DNA from: Desulfosporosinus sp.
GTDB lineage: Bacteria; Bacillota; Desulfitobacteriia; Desulfitobacteriales; Desulfitobacteriaceae
Reading direction: 5' to 3'
Assembly: GCA_003512645.1 (NCBI GenBank)
Contig: DOPS01000280.1
Coordinates: forward strand, 7,734 to 39,733
Length of the DNA: 32,000 nucleotides
Shown here piece by piece: positions 7,482 to 14,732 of this stretch. Below the pieces are notes generated by a model. The model saw only the letters and a program-made list of their open reading frames with translations, had not been told where the DNA came from and made no database searches. The first letter of the stretch is position 1. Each line of letters begins with the position of its first letter. A program made the position numbers and the translations under genes.

Positions 7482-8219
7482 TTACTTAAGTAAATGAAAA
7501 AGGTCTCTTTTAAGAATTTCTAATACCTTTCGCCTAAATGGTTCAAAAGAATCTCCTTTACTTCCGTAGTATAGGAAGTGACGACAAGCCATAATTACTC
7601 CCGCCTTTCCATTAGAATATTTGAATTGTATCAACGGAGCTTGCAGCTCCATTCCCACTATTGACTGTTCAACATTTATCGTATTGGGAGCGATCAATCC
7701 TCGACTAATAAAAATATCAACTGACTGATCCACCGTTTTCTTGCCATGTAGAATTATCAAGCTTGGCTTAAATTCCGTGACCAAACTATAAAATATATCC
7801 TTACCTTTCTCTATCACAAACTTAGGTTCCTTTTTAAGGGCCTTTAGATTGGCAGTCGGGTAAGGAATAGCATCCGTTTCAAGAATCGATGCGTCTGTAT
7901 AGTTAGAGAGCCAAGAAAAAAATGAATTCATACCGATTCGGGTACGAGATACTTCATCCTTATCCTGGCTTAATCTACTCGCTTTGTAAAAATCCATAAA
8001 CTCTTCGTAGTTTAGAAGTAAGTCGACGTACTTATCTATTTCCATGTCCATAGGGAATATTGGAGTCGCTGGGTTAATCCCCACAAAGAATATGTCTACC
8101 TTAGATAACTCACCCTTGCAGATAAAAGGTCGATAATAGGCTTTGCCAAGTTCTGGTGCCAGACACATTTTCTTAAGAGAATCATGTGAAACCACAGTTA
8201 CCCCTCCCATCTTTTCCAT
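7482..8219 (-). CDS. Uracil-DNA-glycosylase-superfamily-like protein (MUG/TDG-like motif 1)
   Basis: 245-aa ORF. The GTG at 8195 follows GGGAGGGG by 5 nt and is a likelier start than the ATG at 8219. VDIFFVGINPAT compares with E. coli MUG VVFCGINPGL. FKPSLIILHGKKTVDQ compares with MUG PQALAILGKQAYEQ. The second motif diverges (VIMACRHFLYYGS against VLPNPSGLS). Confidence 0.45.
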   Translation of the reverse strand: MEKMGGVTVVSHDSLKKMCLAPELGKAYYRPFICKGELSKVDIFFVGINPATPIFPMDMEIDKYVDLLLNYEEFMDFYKASRLSQDKDEVSRTRIGMNSFFSWLSNYTDASILETDAIPYPTANLKALKKEPKFVIEKGKDIFYSLVTEFKPSLIILHGKKTVDQSVDIFISRGLIAPNTINVEQSIVGMELQAPLIQFKYSNGKAGVIMACRHFLYYGSKGDSFEPFRRKVLEILKRDLFHLLK

Positions 8220-8376
8220 ATTACATTTGAGATAAAAGAGATTGTTTCGCTAATGCCCACTATTTTTGTCATTCCACTCTATCTCGTATCTATTAAACAT
8301 CTCTACTAAACTAAGGAATTCACGTGCCGAGCTGACTGTTTAAATAGTCAAGCCCAGGCTTCTTGTGCCAAAAAAA

Positions 8377-8775
8377 TCACTTTAAGCCTGATAACTCCCG
8401 TAGTCTATATAAAACATTTAAGAAAATCTTCTCCTTTATCACCTGTCCCCAAAACCCATCACAAAACCTTTCCCCACGAACAGAATGTGTGAGAATTGCC
8501 CGCAGGAGTTGAATATCGGCTTCTGCAATATAAATGTTTATTTTGCCAGTGTCGATCTGATTTTTTTCCAGATAATCGAAGTAGTTATTAATTAGCAAAT
8601 CACTATCATAGACGTCCTTGATAAAGCTATGTAGTTTTTCATCGTAAATTGGGTAATCCATTTCGAGCACACCATCGTTGGTTTCAGATGGCCTGTGCGA
8701 CATATACAAATCAAGACTCTCATCCTCGAAATAGCTTATGTATTCCAATAATTTTTGCCAGTTCTCAATTGCCAT
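8377..8775 (-). CDS. Small uncharacterised protein (about 132 aa), possibly DUF6508-like
   Basis: The ORF track starts at 8805. The ATG at 8775 has SD AAGGTGGTGG about 6 nt upstream and lies 1 nt after the TGA of the upstream 76-aa ORF. The C-terminal motif VRGERFCDGFWGQ was recognised only vaguely. Confidence 0.5.
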   Translation of the reverse strand: MAIENWQKLLEYISYFEDESLDLYMSHRPSETNDGVLEMDYPIYDEKLHSFIKDVYDSDLLINNYFDYLEKNQIDTGKINIYIAEADIQLLRAILTHSVRGERFCDGFWGQVIKEKIFLNVLYRLRELSGLK

Positions 8776-8776
8776 T

Positions 8777-9007
8777 TCAATCCACCACCTTAGATTTAAG
8801 TACAATCACCTTACGTTGACAAATTTTTGAACATGCAAGCATACAGTTGCCATTGATCATTTTATTGTCTTTTCGATGTGATACAATTAGGACGCATAAA
8901 GTATGAATATTTTGACTTCTAACCATACACCCATAATGTTCAATCCCCATTAGTTTAGCTGCAAGGTCCCGTAACTTCACCACGCCTTTATGCCATTTAT
9001 TTGGCAA
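8777..9007 (-). CDS. Possible 76-aa Cys/His-rich leader gene of the operon
   Basis: The TTG start at 9007 is preceded by GGAAGGGG. Its stop TGA (8777-8779) is 1 nt from the next ATG, which suggests translational coupling. I recognise no family, and it could be a spurious ORF. Confidence 0.3.
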   Translation of the reverse strand: MPNKWHKGVVKLRDLAAKLMGIEHYGCMVRSQNIHTLCVLIVSHRKDNKMINGNCMLACSKICQRKVIVLKSKVVD

Positions 9008-9110
9008 GCGCCCCTTCCTTGTGAAGGGATATCTTGGTTATCAAAAATTAAGTAATCCAAAATTAGAAGGATTTCTAGATTTACTACATAGCTGAAAGGA
9101 AAATGAGTGA

Positions 9111-11117
9111 ATGAGCGCAAGCCTTTTCGATCCTTTAGAACAAGATACTGAAATAAACCTTTTTAGCGAACCTTCGCGATCCGGTAATCGAATTGATGTA
9201 GTACAGATGGAGTTTGTCGAAGCAAAAAGTGTGCAGTGGAAGGATTTATTCAAAGGTTTTGATAAAATGTATGCCATCACCTATTCCTCTGGGATGAAGT
9301 TTATCTGTGATTTATTGGAGACATTCCAATATGCCGAAGTTATCTTTGGGTTTGAGGATGTAATGACCTATAGTTTACAGGAAATCATGGCTCACCAATT
9401 GAAAACAATCGAACGTTTGAGATTAACATCGAGTAAAACTAAGATTGATTTGGTTGCCAAAATAGATAACGGTTCTTTGAAAATGTTTGTAGCTCGAAAG
9501 AAATTATCCCACGAAAAGATTTATCTGCTCGAATCTACTGATGGGAAAAAGCGTGTCATTACCGGCTCTGCCAATATGTCCTATTCCGCTTTTTCTGGAA
9601 AGCAAAGGGAAAACATTAGCTATATCGATGGAGATAAGGCCTTTGACTGGTATAAAAATAGTTTTAATGAATTGAAGGAAATGAGTTCTGATAATATCTC
9701 AATTCCTTCACTAACAGTTGCAGATGATTTGGAGAAGGTTGACGAGATTCCGATTATGAGAACAATCCAATTGAAAAAGGCCTTGGTCATCGAACCCGAC
9801 ACAGAGTATAAAGACGATGTCAAATTCGTTCTTGATGTAAAAAACTTAGCCAATAAATTCACTCCATTTATGCCTAAACCCGATAAAAAAGGAAAGCAAA
9901 TCTTGTCGCCTGAGATTGTCGTGCAAACTAGGCGTAGACTGATCGGCGCTGCTGTGCAGGAAAAGGAGTTACGGAGCCAACATCCTCAACTGTTCATAGA
10001 TATTCCACTCATGCAGGTTACTCTTAATGAAACTAAATTAGATTTAAGCCCGACGACAAAGGAAATCCGAAATGATGTGGATTTGTTTCTTGAGTACATG
10101 GCGGGATATCAAAAATTTCATGGTGATACCGAAGGGATGCAATCTAAATACTATGCTTTCGCGAATTGGTTTTTCACAACGCCATTTATGGCCATTATGC
10201 GGGATATGGCAGTGAAATATAACCAGAACCTCCTGCCCTACCCTGTTTTTGGTTTAGTGTATGGTCAAAGTAAAGCTGGGAAGACAACTTTTTTAGAAAC
10301 ACTATTAAAAATGATGATTGGACAAAAGACCAAAATCTCAGCTCCTGATTTTACACGATCAACGATTGATGGGTTAAAAAGAACAGTTCAGGGTGCTCCG
10401 ATCATTGTAGATGACCTCACACAGGCACGATTCTCACAACACGCAATTGAGACCATAAAAAACGATGATTTTGGAGTGGTCGATAATATAACTACCTATC
10501 CAGCCGTGGTAATCAGCGCCAACGAAGATGTAAAAGCTGTTGCTGCCGAGGTTGTCCGGAGAACAGTCATTTGTCACGTTCAAGCCGGACTTAAAAATAC
10601 CGAGCTCATGAGAACAAGTACTGTGAGGCGTGTTCAAAGAAATATCGGAACAGCCTTTTACCGAGAGTATTTAAGGAGAATGATTGCGAAAATTCCCGAG
10701 TTGTTAGATGTCCTAAAGAATGATGAAGATCAAGAAGCTCCAGATATTTTGGAAGTATCCTCAAAAATCTTAGATGAAATTATCTCGGAACACTCCTCTG
10801 AGGTTCCAAACTATGTACGCATACTGACCCTCGATGATTATTTCTCCGAAAAGGTCACTGGTTCCCAGGCGATTAAGAAAATCAAAACCGCATGGCAAAT
10901 CAATCGTAAGGCCTTTGATATTAGCAAAAAACATAATCAGCTTCGATTCAACGCTGGCCAAACGTGGGAGGCCGACCGAATATTAAAAGAACTTCCTGAG
11001 GATTTGGAAGCTCATAAATCTGGAGAATGGATTGTTATGGATTTAAGTAAAGCTTCGGAGTTTTTTGGGATTACCTTCAGTAAATTTGGGGGGTTCCTAG
11101 CCATGTTTAAAGGTTAA
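9111..11117 (+). CDS. Fusion of a single-HKD phospholipase-D-family nuclease domain with an SF3/VirE-like P-loop NTPase
   Basis: 668-aa ORF and the only long plus-strand gene. HKD motif: LSHEKIYLLESTDGKKRVITGSANMS (H134). Walker A: GQSKAGKT (about aa 385-392). Walker B: APIIVDDLT. SF3-like motif C: AVVISANED. Confidence 0.7.
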   Translation: MSASLFDPLEQDTEINLFSEPSRSGNRIDVVQMEFVEAKSVQWKDLFKGFDKMYAITYSSGMKFICDLLETFQYAEVIFGFEDVMTYSLQEIMAHQLKTIERLRLTSSKTKIDLVAKIDNGSLKMFVARKKLSHEKIYLLESTDGKKRVITGSANMSYSAFSGKQRENISYIDGDKAFDWYKNSFNELKEMSSDNISIPSLTVADDLEKVDEIPIMRTIQLKKALVIEPDTEYKDDVKFVLDVKNLANKFTPFMPKPDKKGKQILSPEIVVQTRRRLIGAAVQEKELRSQHPQLFIDIPLMQVTLNETKLDLSPTTKEIRNDVDLFLEYMAGYQKFHGDTEGMQSKYYAFANWFFTTPFMAIMRDMAVKYNQNLLPYPVFGLVYGQSKAGKTTFLETLLKMMIGQKTKISAPDFTRSTIDGLKRTVQGAPIIVDDLTQARFSQHAIETIKNDDFGVVDNITTYPAVVISANEDVKAVAAEVVRRTVICHVQAGLKNTELMRTSTVRRVQRNIGTAFYREYLRRMIAKIPELLDVLKNDEDQEAPDILEVSSKILDEIISEHSSEVPNYVRILTLDDYFSEKVTGSQAIKKIKTAWQINRKAFDISKKHNQLRFNAGQTWEADRILKELPEDLEAHKSGEWIVMDLSKASEFFGITFSKFGGFLAMFKG

Positions 11118-11189
11118 TGAAAATAATATAAAAGCCTTGTAATGGAACATCTGTTCTGGCAAACTTAAGCTGTAACCGAAAGGCTACAC

Positions 11190-11227
11190 AAAAGCACTCG
11201 AATGCGGGCAGGCAAGCGGGTGCTTTT
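11190..11227. terminator. Bidirectional intrinsic terminator between convergent genes
   Basis: AAAAGCACTCG (11190-11200) pairs with CGGGTGCTTTT (11217-11227), including one G:U pair. T-runs follow on both strands. A smaller hairpin, tgtaacc-gaaa-ggctaca, lies at 11171-11188. Confidence 0.5.
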
Positions 11228-11261
11228 ATATTTGAATATTGTTACCCAATTAACTTGCTTA

Positions 11262-11285
11262 ACAATATGGCTCACAGCTTTGAAT
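11262..11285 (+). repeat. Direct repeat copy 2
   Basis: Lies about 32 nt downstream of the EVE-HNH stop. On the minus strand it reads ..YSKL and a stop, mimicking the ParB-like C-terminus. Confidence 0.6.
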
Positions 11286-11316
11286 ATTTGATACAGGTAT
11301 CTATATAAATGAATTA

Positions 11317-12348
11317 TTATCCCGAATGTACTTCTCTATGACAATTCGGGCAAACAGCTATTGCATTATCAACGGTATCTTCACCGCCATCTGTTAATCT
11401 TATAATGTGATGAACTTCAAGATATGGAGTACCGTCAGATCTCCTAATAAACGGTGCTGGTTTTTTACACTTTTCACAAACCCCGTTTGCTCTGACAAGA
11501 ACCTCTGCAATTACATCAGGATTACGTTTAAACACTATTGATATTGTCACATGCGTTTCAGGGATAAGTACCGTTCTACTTTCTAATCGTTTCTTTCTCT
11601 CCTCACTTCCATCCGCCAATGACTTTTGGACTTGCCTATTAAGTTCATCATGATTATCCAGCTGAAAATTTAATTCATTCAGCATCTTTACCATGCTGTC
11701 ATAATGTTTTCTTTCAAGTTCCAGTAACGTCCCCCTGTGATTCTTAATAATATCGCAATTACTCAGCTTTTCCATTATCCTTAAAGTATCCAGATCCAGA
11801 AATATGTTAAAATCTCTGGTTTTCTGAAAATCAACGAAAATTTCATTTTTCTCTTCGTACTTATCCACTACTTGACATATTGCAGTAACTGCTTTAGTCT
11901 CACCTGTTTCATACGCAAGTACAAGATCTCCTATCTGTATGTTCTTAAAGCAGCCTTCATTCTTTCGTTTGCCTCTGTCAGAGTTTAAGTTGGAATAACG
12001 TTGTCTACTGCCAACCTTAACAATTGAAAAGGCCCAATTATAAACCTTAGAATCAATATTTAGCCAGAAATACTTTGGTTGACGCCTGTTTTTCGGAAGA
12101 ATCCGATACTCACCTTTACCAATACGTTCAAAATATACTTTATATGTTGGGCTATGTGTATTTTCCGTTGCATTTGAAAGTATGACCCTCATATGATTTT
12201 CACTTGCTGGAATTCCGTTTCTTTTACAAAAGTCCTTAACCTTCTGAAAAGTAATTGGCTCAATGATCTCTCCTTCAATTACAGCTTTTACTAGTTCATA
12301 TCCTAAGCCTTCACCGTATTTTACCACTTTATCACCCAGCTTTCTCAC
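11317..12348 (-). CDS. EVE/PUA-like domain plus C-terminal HNH endonuclease (predicted modification-dependent, type IV-like restriction enzyme)
   Basis: 343-aa ORF. HNH: CEKCKKPAPF..LEVHHIIRLTDGGEDTVDNAIAVCPNCHREVH. Middle: YFWLNIDSKVYNWAF..IQIGDLVLAYETGETKAVTAICQV, EVE/PUA-like. N-terminus: YFERIGKGEYRIL, winged-helix-like. The GTG start at 12348 has no obvious SD, so the start is uncertain. Confidence 0.6.
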   Translation of the reverse strand: MRKLGDKVVKYGEGLGYELVKAVIEGEIIEPITFQKVKDFCKRNGIPASENHMRVILSNATENTHSPTYKVYFERIGKGEYRILPKNRRQPKYFWLNIDSKVYNWAFSIVKVGSRQRYSNLNSDRGKRKNEGCFKNIQIGDLVLAYETGETKAVTAICQVVDKYEEKNEIFVDFQKTRDFNIFLDLDTLRIMEKLSNCDIIKNHRGTLLELERKHYDSMVKMLNELNFQLDNHDELNRQVQKSLADGSEERKKRLESRTVLIPETHVTISIVFKRNPDVIAEVLVRANGVCEKCKKPAPFIRRSDGTPYLEVHHIIRLTDGGEDTVDNAIAVCPNCHREVHSG

Positions 12349-12867
12349 AATCCGAATACGATTTAATGAATTGTTACACAGTACTCAGCGTATCCTCTTC
12401 GTAACGTGTCCGTCTCATATGTAAACAGAATATCAGGCCACACTCTCTACTAAAGTCGGGAATGGCAAGTTAAATGATGTCGAATTAATGCTTTGTTAAG
12501 CTGTATCGATTGGCCAACCAACACCCAGAATTTGTTTGTTGATTGAAAAAGCCCTTGGATCTACTCCTCTTTCGCATCTGGTTCCGCGTAGAGTTCCAGT
12601 TACCTTTGCTGAACGACTAGTTCCACGAATAGCGATGAGGGTGTTAAAGTTTATTTTATGTTATCAACGAACAACAGAATAGTCCATCTGATGATGACAA
12701 CATACCGAAAACATTTTTACCCATGTTCTACTTGCTGTTCGAAAAATCGGATTACATTTAGTGATATTTTTACTTGCGAAGAAAATAATGAATCAGTTTA
12801 AGTTCTTTAATTTAAAAGGAACGAAAAAGGGTACATAAGATGAAGCCTCCATCTGCATAGTGGTTCC

Positions 12868-12882
12868 GAGGGGCCTCCCCTC
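12868..12882 (+). terminator. GC-rich hairpin in the long non-coding gap
   Basis: GAGGGG-CCT-CCCCTC is followed on the plus strand by ATTTCTTATAA. No plus-strand gene sits upstream, so its role is unclear. Confidence 0.2.
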
Positions 12883-12931
12883 ATTTCTTATAACACGAAG
12901 CAAAATCAGTCGACAGTTCCTGTCACCTGGT

Positions 12932-12948
12932 TGCGCCTTCGAGGCGCA
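12932..12948. terminator. Hairpin about 40 nt downstream of the CBASS effector stop
   Basis: TGCGCC-TTCGA-GGCGCA forms a 6-bp stem. It has no clear T-run on the minus strand. Confidence 0.25.
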
Positions 12949-12986
12949 CAATTATTAGAATCGGTTCCACTTGTGTTGGAGTCGGA

Positions 12987-13561
12987 TCACGAAACAAATC
13001 CGACCGGCCGGGAGGGATTGTGCCGGGAATTCAAATATATATCACCTGTTGTATTTCTTGAAGTCCAGTATCTTCCGGTTAGTTGATCGACATCGTCTAA
13101 CTCGATTCTGCATGTCCCATATTGCATGGGATTTTCATAACCATGTCTGCCTTTGGGGTTCGTTATGTATGTGTAGTACATCACATAGGCTCCATTTTCC
13201 TCGATTATCTCACTAGATATCGATGCACTTGTTATTTCATCTGTAATTATTTTAATACGAGTAGAAAATAAACTTTGCTTAACGGAATATTGGTAGCCTT
13301 TTCTCCGTCTACACCATTATAGCGGTATTCTATCTTTCCGATGTAATTTTGATTTAATCTCGGAATTTTCTCCAAAGGATTCCAACGCCATCCCCATTTA
13401 ACATAAATGATTGATAGTAACGTTGTACTAGTTATAGCGTATCCAGCATAACTGGTGTAATTAGCAAAAACGATTGGTTCTTTTATGTAACAACATAGGG
13501 AAAACACTAGGATAGCGAATACTATGATAGATTTTATATATCCTTTCTGTTTATCGCTCAT
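12987..13561 (-). pseudogene. CBASS effector, 2TM + beta-strand-rich (Cap15/S-2TMbeta-like), interrupted by a 1-nt frameshift
   Basis: The first ORF (13247-13561) has two TM helices (IIVFAILVFSLCCYI and YAITSTTLLSIIYV) followed by KWGWRWNPL..YIGKIEYRYNGVDGEK. The reading continues in the adjacent frame as GYQYSVKQSLFSTRIKIITDE..YVMYYTYITNPKG..GTCRIELDDVDQLTGRYWTSRNTTGDIYL, with a stop at 12987. The frames switch at the coding-strand run GGAGAAAAGGC (T4 at 13299-13302). One extra A restores a protein of about 191 aa. Confidence 0.6.
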
Positions 13562-13563
13562 AG

Positions 13564-14559
13564 TTAGGCTTCCTGAATATCATATTGGTAAAAGTCACTC
13601 AATGCTATTATAAAGGTTTTATAATTCTCTCTGTCTGAGGTAGTCGGAAACAGCGTTTTGATACCATTTGCTTCCTTGCATGTGCCAAAATTGTCAAAGT
13701 CACCTCTAAGATGGATGATCAGTTCATCAAATGTGTATCTATAGACAGAAGGATATTTTGCGTAAACAGCATTTGGAATGTTCCAAAGCAAGGATTCCAA
13801 CCCGAAAGATGACACATTTTTAGGACTTGAATATTCGTAATCAAGCATTAATTGTTTCATTTTCTTCATAATACGGACGTGCTTTTTAAAGCAATAGTTT
13901 GTAGCATTATTTTTAGCTCTACCATTTTTAATATGTTGTTCAGGGTAATTGATAATATTTCCCCCACTGTCTGGCCTTATTTCTATACCACCCACATAAT
14001 TATTGGCATCAAAGTGATAATCTTCACGATAATCTCTAAATCGATAAGCTGGTACAACATCAGCATCCACCCGATAACTATTACCATGAACCTTAATAGA
14101 TTTATCCTTGCGTTCAACACCCTCACCGTTGAATTTCCTCTTTAAGGCAGACTCAACTTCGTCTTTTAGTTTCTGCGCAGTGAACGTGCCATCAGTAAAA
14201 TTATAACTCTTTTTTGTTACTTCAATTCTGTATTCCGGAATAAACGTTGACTCTAGAATAACAGCAACATCCACGTCACTCTGAGTACGGATATTCGTAT
14301 TATTTGCATATGAGCCCTGTACCAGCAAAACAATTTTCTTGCCCATGTCACCATGCAGGTCTAATGAGAATGCCCATGTGTCAGTTTCATAGGAACGAAT
14401 TTCTTTGTTGTTATCGGTATATCCCACCAATTTCATTGCGTCTCTAATCATACGAATTGCGTTTTTACAACGTTCTTCCTCAGTTGCACTAAGCGGCGTT
14501 GCGTATGTTATTAATTGTGATTCTTTAAAATTCAACGCTATTCCTCCTCTAACAATCAT
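13564..14559 (-). CDS. CD-NTase (cGAS/DncV-like nucleotidyltransferase, SMODS) of a type I CBASS
   Basis: Active-site pattern: LLVQGSYANNTNIRTQSDVDVAV plus a third Asp in YRVDADVVPAY. C-terminal FGLESLLWNIPN. The stop lies 2 nt from the effector ATG. The likely true start is the TTG at 14535 (MNFKESQL), 7 nt after AGAGGAGGA. Confidence 0.75.
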   Translation of the reverse strand: MIVRGGIALNFKESQLITYATPLSATEEERCKNAIRMIRDAMKLVGYTDNNKEIRSYETDTWAFSLDLHGDMGKKIVLLVQGSYANNTNIRTQSDVDVAVILESTFIPEYRIEVTKKSYNFTDGTFTAQKLKDEVESALKRKFNGEGVERKDKSIKVHGNSYRVDADVVPAYRFRDYREDYHFDANNYVGGIEIRPDSGGNIINYPEQHIKNGRAKNNATNYCFKKHVRIMKKMKQLMLDYEYSSPKNVSSFGLESLLWNIPNAVYAKYPSVYRYTFDELIIHLRGDFDNFGTCKEANGIKTLFPTTSDRENYKTFIIALSDFYQYDIQEA

Positions 14560-14732
14560 AATACGCTTGCAAAATTTCAGTTCCTAATATCTCTTAAAAC
14601 GACTCAACTTTGTGCCTTATTTACTTTGTAATACCTTTGTGGTGTTGCGTTTGGGCATCAATTCAATTGAAAACAAGCTTCTATACAATGCCCCAACCGC
14701 CAAAGTGAAACAACACAGGTATCCCGCCTGAA

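Noticed and set aside
9041-9280. 79-aa minus-strand ORF overlapping the start of the PLD-ATPase gene
   Set aside because: It is antisense to a well-supported CDS and to the promoter region. It has no SD and no recognisable family.
12691-12801. 36-aa Cys-containing plus-strand ORF in the long non-coding gap
   Set aside because: It has no SD, no recognisable family and no supporting context. It is kept only as a note within the gap finding.
12971-13216. 81-aa plus-strand ORF
   Set aside because: It is antisense to the C-terminal half of the CBASS effector, whose minus-strand translation has the expected beta-rich effector character.
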